DNA of 64,000 nucleotides from Octopus sinensis (taxonomy: Eukaryota). Shown in pieces: positions 25,057 to 37,734 of the stretch. The notes below the pieces were generated by a model, which ran no database searches, had not been told where the DNA came from, and saw nothing but the letters and a program-made list of their open reading frames with translations. Positions within the stretch are counted from its first letter, which is position 1. The number at the start of each line of letters is the position of its first letter. The position numbers and the translations under genes were made by a program. Location of the stretch: NCBI RefSeq assembly GCF_006345805.1, contig NC_043003.1:4030001-4094000 (forward strand), in the 5' to 3' direction.

Positions 25057-27025
25057 TATGTATGTATGTATGTATATATATATATGCATATGTATGTATA
25101 TATATATATGCATATGTATGTATATATATGCATATGTATCTATATATATATATATATGCATATGTATCTATATGTATATATGAATATATGTATATTTATG
25201 TATGTATATGTTTGTATTTATTTATTTATGTGTGTATGTATATATATATATATATATATAATGTACATTTTTGCATCAGTGTGTATGTGCGCGTGCACAC
25301 ACACACGCAATGAACTGAATACATTTTTCAGAAGTTGATGAGGAAATCTGAAGAGACGTTTATTACGAAAGTTATATAATGAGTCAGACATAATGGATGG
25401 ATGGGGGGTGGAGCGGGTGGGGTGGGGTGAGTATAATTAAAGAGGAGAGAGAGAGAGAGAGAGAGGTGTGTCTGTTGCCGTAGTATTAAGCAACAGCCTC
25501 TCCATCTTTGCGTATGTATGCGCACATGCAGGCGCGCCCAGTGCCATGTGTGCAGCAGGCCATTGTGCAGTCACTGCATGCCAGTGTGTCAGTGTGTTCG
25601 TCAGAAGTCTTGTTTCTTCTCTTCTCTCTGCAGCTCCTCCTCTTCCTCCTCCTTCTCCCCCTGCAACTGTTTGGCTGCACCGAGAGAGAGAGAGAGAGAG
25701 AGACAACTGATTGTTTTAATCCGTCCTACTGGCGGTGTCGGTGCTGTGTGTGTGTGTGTGTGTGTGGTAGTTTGGTGGTGTGTGTGTGTGGTAGTTTGAT
25801 GGTGGTGGTGGTGTGTGTGTGTGTGGTAGTTTGGTGGTGGTGGTGTGTGTGTGGTAGTTTGGTGGTGGTGTGTGTGTGTGGTAGTTTGGTGGTGTTGGTG
25901 GTGTGTGTGCGTGTGTGTGATAATAAGAATGCCTGTCTGCTTGGGGTGTGTGTGTGCCGTTGTTTTTGATTCTGACCAAAAATACTGTCACCTCCAGTAA
26001 CAGTAACTCATCTCATATTTTCCAGTTTACAATAAACAATCTAAAATTTTCTGTAGTTCTTGCTCCCACCCACTAACGTAGCTAGGGGTGGGGCCAATAG
26101 GGGTGCGCCCCCGGGCGGCACCACTTTTGGGTCTGCTGTAGGCAATATATATTTTTTGTGAGGTCCGGGGAACTGCAAACGGAAGGGCTGCACCGGGCGG
26201 CAGACTCTAGCTACGCCAGTGCTCCCACCCAGGGGCCATCGTAGCAATATTATAAACCCTTCGCTACCCCTCTAGTAACAGCAAACCGCAGCATGCATCG
26301 ATCTTACTTGAATCCCTAGATCCGTGGAGTCCCTGTGCAAATAATCAGTACACGGGACCCTTTAGGATTTATTTATTAACAGCGAACCACAGAATACCTT
26401 GATTAGATTTGGGCCCCTAAACTTGTGGGGCCCCTGGGTAACTATCTAGTGTGCTCTGCCCCACTTCCCTTCATTCCCCCTCTTTCTCTTCGCCAACTCC
26501 ACCATCATTAACTTTTCCATCATTTTGTCTTCAATATAGTTATTATTATTATTACTATTTTTCGTAAAGTTTTCGCTTTTTCAGTTTTTCGACCCCTTAC
26601 ATTACACCCCCTACTTTCCACCCCTGTCACTCTCCCTCTCACATTTTCTTAAATCTCTCTGTAGCTGTTGAGATTCCTCCACCCCACCCGTTCTTGTTTT
26701 CTCAGCCAATGCGCTCCCCCCCTTTCCCCTCTCTCCTGCATCTGATGCTCATTTCACTGTGTGAACAGATGGTTTACAGCTGGTGGAGAGTAAGGCGAGA
26801 GAGAGTAAGCATGGTTGACGAGTAGAGAAAGAGACACCAAAATGATGTTGTTGTTGTTTGTGGTGATGCTGCCGTTGCTAATGCCATGAAACTCCTGAAG
26901 AGTCTGGACTGGTCCTCCTCCATCCATTGGTTCTGTTTTTATTGCAGCAATACTGTTCTTCTTGACTCTCTCACACACATACACATTCGCACCTGCATTT
27001 TTGCAGATGCATTCTCCTATGTATG

Positions 27026-27093
<68 letters not shown>

Positions 27094-28234
27094 CATACAT
27101 AGTCACATATACACGTTGTGTTTGTTTCTACCACTCATAATTTAAATACACACACATACACACAAGTCTTATCGCTTTCTCACCCACTCCGCGATATATT
27201 CATCAGACTTTTGTTATATGTATGTGTATGCGTGTGTGTATGTATATATGTCATTATATGTCACTAATCATATCTGTCAGGAAGAGAGTGTAATTCGGCA
27301 GGAGGACTTAAATGACATGCAAAGGTACATGAAACCCAGTTACAACTACAGCCGGCTATTGCCATTAAAGGTTTTAGCTGCCAATTCTGTACAAGACATT
27401 GTAGATCTTTAGCTGGGCTAAAAAGTCACATTCGATCACAGCACCAATAACAGTTAAGCTTTGCGCAATGGCCATACTCGATAACGAGGGGGGGGGGGCA
27501 GCCATCATATATGTCATTATTCAGTTTTATTTCAAGATTTCTTGCCAATAGAGAAAGAGCCAGTTTCTAACTTAGATCCGTGGCTCCTTCAATGGGTTTT
27601 CGACATCAACAGGGTATGTATATATGCATGTATGCATACATGCAAATTTGTATGTTTTGCTTAATGTATGTATTCTCATGCATATAGCTACATATCTAGA
27701 CTTGCTCATATATATTTAAATGATTAACTCCTGGAAAGTTTTCACAGATTTTTACAGTTCCAGTGATGGATTGGATCTGTCGTCTTCGAATTAGCTTTCT
27801 CCTTTCTGGTTTTGAGAAGCCTAGTTTCTCAAGATTGGTAATTAGGCAATGTGTTAACATTTGTATGTATGTATGTTCCATCTTTACCAACACTTCCCTA
27901 TTTCTGACGATATCAACCGACAGAGGTTCAGTCTAAACATCCGCCATATTATTGTTACTAGACTCAGAGAGGTTTACAAATACTATGGGACACTGCCCTT
28001 CCGCCGTAAGATGAACGTCAATTTGCGTGTGTGTGTGTGTGTGTGTGTGTGTACAGGGGCAGGCGCGCTTGTGTCGTCAAGAAGTTGAGTTCGTAACTAC
28101 GCGTTCTCGAGTTCGGTCCCTATGCTGCGCCTCGCCTTGAAGTGTCTTCCACTATAGCCCTGGGCCGACCAAAGCCTTATGAGTGAATTCGGTGCACGAA
28201 AACTATATATTCTCTCTGTTTATTTCCTCTTATT

Positions 28235-28272
28235 TCTTTCTGATGAAGAGCGTAGGCTCGAAACATAAAAGA
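28235..28272 (+). ncRNA. Minimal type-I hammerhead ribozyme-like motif (Penelope type)
   Basis: TCTTT CTGATGA A GAGC-GTAG-GCTC GAA AC AT A AAAGA: intact core, 4-bp stem II, 5-bp stem I. The stem III palindrome ACGT is changed to ACAT. Confidence 0.65.
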
Positions 28273-28359
28273 CTTTCTTACTTTCCCGAACGTCAAACTA
28301 ATACACTTGCTTGTTGTTCATACACCTGTATTCGTCTTTTGTTTTCTATACATTCCAAC

Positions 28360-28401
<42 letters not shown>

Positions 28402-28799
28402 TGTTTAGGGAGAGAGAGAGAGAGAGATCACTGTATTCATCAATCTATTGGCTGTTGTTATACTCCGCTAGCCACAGTGCGCTTCCTCGGATTGTTTTAG
28501 CTTTCCAATGGTGTCATCCCGCCAGCTTGACGAGCAGGCCAACGTCCTTCCTGAACGAAACTTCAGTCCATCTCGGGGTTGCTCATTTGTAGTGAGATGG
28601 AGTGGAGCAGCAATAAACGCAGCGCACCGCCAGTCTGGGAATCGAAACCCCAATCATTCGATCGTGCGTGCAACACCCTAACCACTAACCCACGCCCTCT
28701 TACCTATAAACCTTCGTTAAGCAGACCTTGGGGGTTTGGGGTATCTTTAGTCCTTTTTATTTTCACTTCATATGGGAAAATCTCTTCCTCCGTTCCTGT

Positions 28800-30804
28800 A
28801 GATTTTTGATCAAGTTCTCACCATGGCTTTGTTTATTGGTGTTTGGCGAACAAACTGCTCAAAATCCTCTCCACCCTCTTCTTTGTATTTTTACGGGTTT
28901 CATCGACTCCTTCGGTTGTTTCTGTTTGTAACGGAGGCGACCAGGAGGGGCTTTGATGTCTTCCTTTTCCATGTTGTTGTTGTTGTTTCTTTTGATGTGT
29001 TTGTTGTAATGCTTTCTTGGTGTTCATGTTGTAGTTCGTGTTTCTCGTTTTGTTTTTGCTGTGGTTGTTGTTGTTTCTGCTATTTTCTCTTTCTTTTTAA
29101 TTGTAGTCATTGTTTTTGCTATTTTGCTTTTCTTTGTCGGTGGTGGTGGTCGTAGTAGTGGCTGCGAGAATGTTCGGCAAGTTTTTCGATGTCGTTAAAT
29201 CTTGCCGACTTCCGAATCTCTAATTTCCTTCTCCCTCTTCGCCATGTTATTTCACCAAAGTCCTTGTTTTTCGTCTTCGTTCTTTGATAAAATGTCGAGT
29301 AGGGTGGGAAAACAATCGGAAAAGCTGCAAAGCAACGTTCTATCCGTACATGTGTGTGTCGATCCTCCACCCTAACATGCAACGAGGTCTTTCTAGTCAA
29401 GGCCCTTGCCTAGTTTTTCCATTCATACATGGATCAAGACTTCAACGCCAGTTCAGGATCACCGAATGAACTCGCGTATAAGCCGCACCCGTATATAGGG
29501 TCTCGCTCTAATTTTTGTTTGAAATCTTAGTACAAAATTTATTTTTTCCCTTTATAGTTTTAGCTTTGCCCCTTGTATAAGATGCATCTCCCTTTTTTAA
29601 AGTTAAAATCAGTTATGCATGAATGAATGCGATCGTTTTGTTCGCGATGTCATTTTATGTTTGGAATTGTATCTCGAGTTAACTGTGAAAGCCACGTGAA
29701 GTTACCTTTCATAACACACTCAGTTCTGGTGGCACAGCCAACATTTCCAAATTTTATCATCCACCGAGCCATACATATTGAATTGAAGATAAATCCATCA
29801 CTCTTGAGAGACTTTGAGAATCTCTGCAAACCCTTATCCCGTTTTATTCGTCTCAGCCATTTCTCTATCTGGACATGCGTGACACTTTCCATTCGCTGAC
29901 CCTTCACTGTCACGTGCTGTGATGTCAGCGTTTCTTTTTTTTTTTTCTTTTTTTTCCGGGCAGTTTCGGGGCCTCCTGCTGTCAGTCCCGTTGGATCTTG
30001 AATTTCCTCTCTCACTTTTTCGTTTCTGATTATTATTTTATTTATTTCATTTTATTTTTTGGGGCGCAATAAAATTGCCGAGGACTTCGTTTGTGGATTC
30101 ACCGGTGTACACTTCTGTCCAATATAACATTATTCAATTTGGCAGTTTTTCTTTACATACGATAATGTGTTTATCAAAGGCAAAACATGGACAAAACCTG
30201 CCAACGAGAAATGTAAACACTTTCATCCGCATCAAACAACCTTATAAGCACAACACTTATGTTGACATTCATAGTTTGGGTGGGGCGTGGATTATGTCCT
30301 TCTTAATTAGCTGATGTTTCTAGCAAAATTTGTTGAACGTGAATTGGGAAGAAGACAGAGACTTCGAAGTCGAGAATTTCTTTTGGAATATTTTGATTGG
30401 TAGTTCATGGCTTCTGATAGGAGATTTATTATCGAAGAGTGCCGAACCTGTCGTCATTGTTGCTACTTCTGCTGGTGGTGGCGTTGTCTTCGAATGCTTA
30501 TTTGGTAAAGGGGTTTGTCACAAGAATCAACAGTTCCTGTGAAAACAGCAAATTGAAACCTGTTTGAACCGTTGCCAGCGTTGACATAAAACATGTGCCA
30601 ATGGCAGCAACGATCGGGGGCGGCGGCGGCGTAGGAGCAGCAGGAGGTGGTGGTGTGGTGGTGGTGGTGGTGGTGACAGCGACGGGTTCAACATGGCGGG
30701 GAGAGAAGTTTTATTGCTTGTAAGTTGGCCAAACATTTGTACTTCTTCATTCTGGTTTGTTTTCTCAGTTTTCGTATTAGCTTCTTTTTTTTTTCTTGAT
30801 CATT

Positions 30805-30840
<36 letters not shown>

Positions 30841-31420
30841 AGGTCTGTTGTTTAGGCAGATATTTCATTCAGTTCCGCCACACCACCTCTCTACCGCCGC
30901 CTATACTTTACATACTAATGAGAAACAATTAGTAAAACCTAGAGTCAATGAGTGAACAACAAGTTGTTACCCCAACATCGCTGCGTGTGTATACAAACAC
31001 TGACCTGGTGGTGGTGGCCATTATTTAGACTCTTTAATTAAACATTCACTGAAACATCTCGTTAAACAACTCTGGCACATGGAGCGACACTGACAACGAG
31101 ATCTTGTTTACATTGATGGGGGGGGGAGTGATGGTATACGGGGGTGGTTGCGTTGGGTGGGGTGTGGTAGGGGTGGTGATGGCGATGTTATAGCGTGTGT
31201 GGGCGGTGATGGTGATGGTGGTGCTGCTGGTGCAGGTGTTGTTAGTGGAGGTGGTGGTGGTGGTGGTGGTGGCATTTCATTGTCGTTGTCATCGTCGGTG
31301 GTGTTGGTGGTAACAAGCTTTTGCAAATGATGAACTCACAAACACTCGGCTCTCCATCCGCTGACGTCACTTCCTCCGTTTCCACCGCCAGTCTCTAGAT
31401 GTAATCAAATAGGTAGAAGG
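28800..31420. promoter_or_regulatory. CpG-rich, SINE-free promoter-like region, probably a main promoter and 5' exon(s) of E74/ELF
   Basis: CG dinucleotides are visibly denser than in the flanks. Motifs: CGGAAGT (29208-29214, -), AACATGGCG (29240-29248, -; 30690-30698, +), GTCACGTG (29909-29916), TGACGTCACTTCCT (31362-31375). Strong donor GTAAGT at 30720. Confidence 0.6.
31362..31375 (-). promoter_or_regulatory. Overlapping ETS-CRE composite motif (AGGAAGTGACGTCA on - strand)
   Basis: Perfect CRE palindrome TGACGTCA fused to an ETS core. Confidence 0.55.
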
Positions 31421-32014
31421 ACTGAGCTGATCTCTGTCCCCAAGATTGATACAAGACGCCTGACAAACCGACTGAAATATACATCGCTAAAGATATCCAA
31501 TAAGGCTGAAAGATGTCTGTTACCTTCACCAGTTCTCTTTAGAAACAACATCCACTTCTAAGTGCATTGTCTTCTTTATTTTCCAAAACTTATGGTTACC
31601 AGATTGTGGTAATATTCCCTGCTTGTTTCTTTTTATTTTGAACACTCTTGTAGGGAGTTTTGCCTGCTAACTGTAAGGATAATCTTAGCTATTCAGAGTT
31701 CCTCAACTCACTCTCTTATTTATGTAAGGCCCCACCAGAGAAGTTTTCACGCTGAGAATTCTTAAAACGGTTGGTTGTCTTTGGCTTAAAAACAATCGTT
31801 GGTTCCTGTTGTGGCTCATTCTTTAAGCTGGAATCAAACTATTAATTATTGATGATTACCCCCACCTACCAGTTCTGATTGAATATGGTATTCCAGCCGT
31901 GACCCACCTGTTCTTTTTATATTCAGGATTGCATTGTACAATTCTTATTTCTATCATGGCTCTTTCCATGAATTGACACTTTTTAGCCTTATTACCTTTT
32001 TAGAATTTACTTGC

Positions 32015-32216
32015 TCTTTTATTTATTTCAGTCATTTGACTGCGGCCATGCTGGAACACTGCCTTTTTAGTCAAGCAAATCGACACCGGGACTTATTCTT
32101 TGTAAGCCCAGTACTTATTCTATCGATCTCTTTTGCCAAACCGCTAAGTGACGGGGACGTAAACACACCAGCATCGGTTGTCAAGCAATGCTAGGGAGAC
32201 AAACACAGACACACAA

Positions 32217-32270
<54 letters not shown>

Positions 32271-32428
32271 GACAGGCTTCTTTCAGTTTCCGTCTACCAA
32301 ATCCACTCACAAGGCTTTGGTCGGCCCGAGGCTATAGTAGAAGACACTTTCCCAAGGTGCCACGCAGTGGGACTGAACCCAGAACCATGTGGTTGGTAAG
32401 CAAGCTACTTTCCACACAGCCACTCCTG
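32015..32428 (-). mobile_element. Family B SINE, full length
   Basis: Reverse complement of the family B consensus. Confidence 0.88.
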
Positions 32429-33408
32429 CTGAAGAATTCCTTCAACCCAAATTGTCATGTTCCTTGCACCACCACCACTGCTAGAGCTCCCTAAATAATA
32501 TTCCAGGAGCAAACCTAATCTTAGTCCTCCATAGAAGAGATTTTCTTTCTTGATTCACCCTCTTGCCACCATCACCCATCATCTCCGTCATCGTCATCAC
32601 CATCATCATCCGTGCTGCTGCTGTTGTTGTTGTTGTTTAATGTTATGCAATTGCCTGTTGTAAGCTGAAGTCTGCAGAAAGTGTAAGAATGAGAGGAGGG
32701 TGGTGGTGGTGGTGATGGCGGTGGTAGTTGTGGGGGGTGGGGGTAGAGGTAGTTAAACATGTTACCAGTGGCTAATTAAATGTCCGTTGAGGATTCGTTG
32801 ATATTATGACTAAATCTGTGAGTGTCCACAGAGAGACAACATGATATTGTTATATAAACACCAATCAGCTGGAACACCCAGCTTCTCTATTTACACAATA
32901 TCACCTTCCTTCTTGGTTTTTCGAGGGTGGGGAAGTAGGGGGTGGCTGCTAGATTTATTCTTCAACTGACAATATGCTCCACTCCCTCCCCTCCCCTCCT
33001 CATCTCTCATTTTTTTTTCTTATCTCTCACCATCACCACCACCACCCTCTCATCCTCTTTCTCTCTCCTTTTTTCCCCCACATCCTCTCTGCACCATCCT
33101 CCCTCTTCTCTGTCTTATTCTTTATTCTACATTTTTCTTGGTTCCCCCCCGCTTCCATTTCTCTCGTTAGAGCTATTAGTTCTACCTAGCTTCAAATTCC
33201 TTGTTTCTCAACATCACCGCCATCATCATCATCACCGCCATCATCATCATCATCACCACCATCACTAGCATCATCATCACCATCATCACCATCATTGTAT
33301 ATCTGTTAGTTTTACCTGTGTTTTGTTTGTACTGCTATAGTCAAATATATACACCCGGTGGTTGCTTGTGTGTGTGTTTGTGTGTGTATACCATACGCTA
33401 TATAATGG

Positions 33409-33442
<34 letters not shown>

Positions 33443-33925
33443 CCTTTAAATGTTAAATCTCATCATAGTAGAATCAGTAGGTCATGTGACTCAATTGTTA
33501 TAGTATTTAGATGATCTTTCCTTCTTGTTATTTCACCAAGATATTATTATATCTTAAGAGAAGAACTTCCACTGTGTTCGTGTTGCTTTTTGTTTTGTCT
33601 TCCTGTCCCATTTTATAACTGGCTGCCTCTTCCTCACTTGGCAGCTGCTGCACAATATACACAGCCACGAGTCTGCAACAGAGACACTACAATGGTAAAG
33701 GACTTTAAGTTTAGAAAACCATTCAAGGAGTACTTCAAAGAGTTCGCTCTTAAGTTGTGTCTTCAGATACAAAATAAAGACAAAAGCCTTTATGAAATAA
33801 ATCCAGCGATCTTCAGTTCTTGTTTAATTCTATAACCAACAACTACAAAAAAAAAAAAGAACAAAAGCCATCCAGAAAATTGCTAATTGCAAATCTCACG
33901 TGAGATATTCAGCAACAGTACTTTG

Positions 33926-34114
33926 GAGATTATTTGCCAACATAACATGGCAGTCCTGGTTTAGGACTGAGTTGGGGTGCTAGATGCCTTTGTTTGAAAA
34001 TATAAGGACACAGATTGTGTCGTATAGCCAGCAGGAGACGATGTCTCGTGGGGCTAAATTACAGCAACATTCGTCCTAAACCAGGACTGCCATGTTATGT
34101 TGGCAAATAATCTC
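33926..34114. mobile_element. MITE-like element with perfect 42-bp terminal inverted repeats
   Basis: GAGATTATTTGCCAACATAACATGGCAGTCCTGGTTTAGGAC (33926-33967) and its exact reverse complement (34073-34114). Confidence 0.8.
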
Positions 34115-35104
34115 TACTTAAAAACCATCCAGGTTTTTAATTTTTTACAACAACATCGGCCCAGAAGCAGAAATATTTTTTGTTATGATTTCAACGTTAG
34201 AGTATCCAGCTTTAAAAGGCCATATTGTACTTTTAAAGATAATTAAGGTTGCTTTAACGAACAACCTCGCAACATGACCTGTCAATCCAATTAACAGATA
34301 TTGACATAATTAGTAAACTTATTCTAAATAGATAATAGCCAAAATTAGGAGAGCTTCACATCTTTGGAAAAACGCCAATTCTCTAATTACTCCGTTTCAA
34401 TTCCTACCCTAAAATAGAAAACTGTTTCTTTTTCTCTTTTATAAATTTGACATGAGAATCTATTATCATAACCCTAACCCTCTTTTACCAAACCCTTTTA
34501 AATGATCTTAATTTCTCTAAAAATTTCTCTTCCTCTCTATCCCAACAAGTTAACACCATTTTAAATGCTAGAAAATCTGGGGGTTTTTTTTTTTTTTTTG
34601 TTTGCTGTTAATAACGTATTTAGATTAGATGACAATTTTCTAACGTTCCTTCCTGCAACAGCACAAGAACCAGAAGTCATATTGGATGACCCAAACGTTT
34701 AACACCAATTATTCAACACTTTCATTACAAAACTCGTTAATGTCTATTTATTTCTACACAAAAATTAATTATATTCTATGTATTTGTGGCTCATTAATTG
34801 ACGAGAGATACGTAAAACTAGGCTTATTAATTACCTAATAACTTCACCTTTGTTGTCATTGCTGACGTCAAACTGAACCAACTTTTGACTTTACTGTTTA
34901 ACTCTGTGAAGGAATGTTTGGGACCAATTTAGAGATGATGGCATCAGGGGTAAGGGAGGAGGGGCGGGGGCTGTTAATGGTGTGATTCTTTATTAAGTAA
35001 ACCGGTTCCCTGGCAACCCCAACCTTAAAACAGACACCTGATCCCAACCAATTTTCGATTACAACTTTTTATTTTTTCCTTGTCCTTTTGTTCTCTTATT
35101 TGTT

Positions 35105-35245
35105 TGTCATTTGACTGTGGCCATGCTGCAGCACTGCCTTCGTCAAGCAAATCGGTCCCATGACTTTGTAAGCCTAGCACTTATTCTATCGGATGCAAAC
35201 ACACCAGCATCGGCCATCAAATGATGTTGTGGGGGGCAGACAAAC

Positions 35246-35289
<44 letters not shown>

Positions 35290-35450
35290 GATGGGCTTCT
35301 TTCAGTTTCTGTTTACCAAATCCACTCACAAGGCTTTGGTCGACCTGAGGCTATAGTAGAAAATGCTTGCCTTAGGTACCATGCAATGAGACTGAACCCA
35401 GAACCTGTGGTTGGCAAGCAACCTACTTACCACACAGCCACCCCTGCACC
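35105..35450 (-). mobile_element. Family B SINE (internally deleted)
   Basis: Reverse-complement match to family B. Confidence 0.8.
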
Positions 35451-35503
35451 TATATATATATATATGTTCCTTTTCTTGTCTCCTTTATTCTTCTGACTGA
35501 TTG

Positions 35504-35549
<46 letters not shown>

Positions 35550-36380
35550 CTGATTCCTTTAAACTCCAGATTTATTTGTTCCACTCTGACATTTCAGAAC
35601 CAGTGAAGCATGCTGGTGTCACTCCAGGTCCAGCCATGCGTGCTCACCTGGCTTCTTTCTAGTCTTCACCTCCCCCACCATGACCACCACCACTTCACTT
35701 TCCAATACCCAAACAACACCCCACTTCATGCACAACCATCATGCAATTTACCTTACTTTCAGAAACATAATCCCTTTGTTGTCAGTAGGGGTATTTGGTC
35801 CATGAACCTTTTCTACCCCGTTCTTATTCTGGTTGCCATGGTTTTAAAATGCTAATTAGGTCATCAGCATAGCAAGAACTGTCACCTAATTCTAGGGAAT
35901 CTTCCTGGAATTTGAAAAAAATGTACTGTTTTTGCTGCTAATTGCTTCTGTGCTTCTGCTACATATGATATATTTTGTCAGCCTGCCTGTGACCCCACTA
36001 CACCTGGGTACACTGTATGACACTCTTCCCTACTTTTTGTCTGATCAAGCATAACTACTCTCCAGGTGGCAGCAGTGGTACTATCATGTTTTCTTACCTT
36101 GTAAATAAAATTTTAGCCTCTTCTAGGTTTGCTTTGACACCTTTTAAGTTCCAGGTTTTGCTCCTATCCTTGGAATTACTTGTATAGCTCTTCAACAGAC
36201 CCAACCTTTCGATGTACATCATCATCATACAGAGGTCCTCAGGGATGGTCACTTTTAATTAAACTCCTCTGTCATGGTCTGGAAGCATGGTAAACGAAAG
36301 AAGACTGAAAAATTGTATTCTGATAGACACCTACCTACATCCGAGATTCTTTGAATTTGTTACTAATTCCTTCCTTCTAA

Positions 36381-36580
36381 ATGGTACCTGCCTGCTGTGT
36401 GTGGTACCTTCTTAATGGTATCTGTCTGCAGTGTGTAGTACCTTCTTAATGGTACCTGCCTGCTGTGTGTGGTACCTTCTTAATGGTATCTGTCTGCAGT
36501 GTGTAGTACCTTCTTAATGGTATCTGTCTGCAGTGTGTGGTACCTTCTTAATGGTACTTGTCTGCAGTGTGTGGTACCTT
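36381..36580. repeat. 34-bp minisatellite, about 5.9 copies
   Basis: Units start at 36381, 36415, 36449, 36483, 36517 and 36551; consensus ATGGTAYCTGYCTGCWGTGTGTRGTACCTTCTTA. Confidence 0.92.
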
Positions 36581-36985
36581 GTCAGACACCTTTTCTAGAT
36601 CAGTGAATGCTAGGCTTAATGGTTGGCTTTTTTCTTGTATCATTGGGAAAAGGATATCAGTGGTGCCCCCTATTGTCGCACAAACTGCAACGCATTTCGT
36701 TTAATTCCTCTTCCTCTTCCAACTAATTCCGTTAAATCCATCATTTTGTCCTGCAGTTTCTTGCCTCCACAGTTTCTTCTTTCTGTAGAATCTTCATTTC
36801 TTTCATAACAGTTGAACAGTCTTTAGACACCAGTCTTTGGAAAAGACCCCTCTTCCTCTCTCACCTGTAGTACCTAAATAATGTGTGGATATTTGTCTTC
36901 TAGGACTAAAAACTTCACCTCTCAGGGACTCCTTGAGGGTCAGCTGCTTTCCTTGCTTTCAGATCTGTTACTACATCGCACATAT

Positions 36986-37163
36986 TCTTTTATTCTTTTC
37001 AGTCATTTTGACTCTGGCCATGCTGGAGCACCACCTTTAGTTGAACAAATCGACCCCAGGACTTATTGTCTGTAAGCTTAGTACTTAGTCTCTCGGTCTC
37101 TTTTGCCGAACCGCTAAGTGACGGGGATGTAAACACACTAACACACACACACACACACAAACA

Positions 37164-37202
<39 letters not shown>

Positions 37203-37216
37203 TATATATATAATAT

Positions 37217-37247
<31 letters not shown>

Positions 37248-37408
37248 GCACGATGGGCTTCTTTCAGTTTCCGTCTACCAAATCCACTCACAAGGCTTTG
37301 GTCGGCCTGAGGCTCTAGTAGAAGACACTTGGCCAAGGTGCCATGCAGTGGGACTGAACCCGGAACCATGTGGTTGGGAAGCAAGCTTCCTACCACACAG
37401 CCATGCCT
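36986..37408 (-). mobile_element. Family B SINE, full length
   Basis: Reverse-complement match to family B. Confidence 0.88.
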
Positions 37409-37690
37409 GAGCCTATACACACACAAATTTGACATACAAGCAATGTAAGGATATTTTATATATCTGTATACATCACACACATACACACACACACATTGCC
37501 TGTATAATCAATAGCAATATATATATATTTATTTATTCAAACTTTGCTATGCAAATACATCTCTGTAATATATATTTATTGTTGTATGTATATACATGTG
37601 TGTGTTTATGTATGTATGTATGTTATACACGTATGCACTCTTATGTAATCTGCATTGGTTGTATACCAACAGTCACTCATACACTCACAC

Positions 37691-37734
<44 letters not shown>

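Noticed and set aside
33590-33835. 81-aa ORF with a nearby ATG|gtaaag donor
   Set aside because: No homology and the phase is incompatible with the traced ELF exons.
34450-34466. Telomere-like CCCTAA repeats (also near 10467 and 46978)
   Set aside because: At most two units, which is expected by chance.
35857-35871. YADDL reverse-transcriptase motif on the - strand
   Set aside because: It is an isolated pentapeptide; the flanking frames have stops and I found no other RT motifs. It may be a very old LINE but I cannot support the call.
36381-36580. CRISPR-like regular repeats (also the 47-bp array at 22943)
   Set aside because: The units are contiguous with no unique spacers, there are no cas genes, and the context is eukaryotic.
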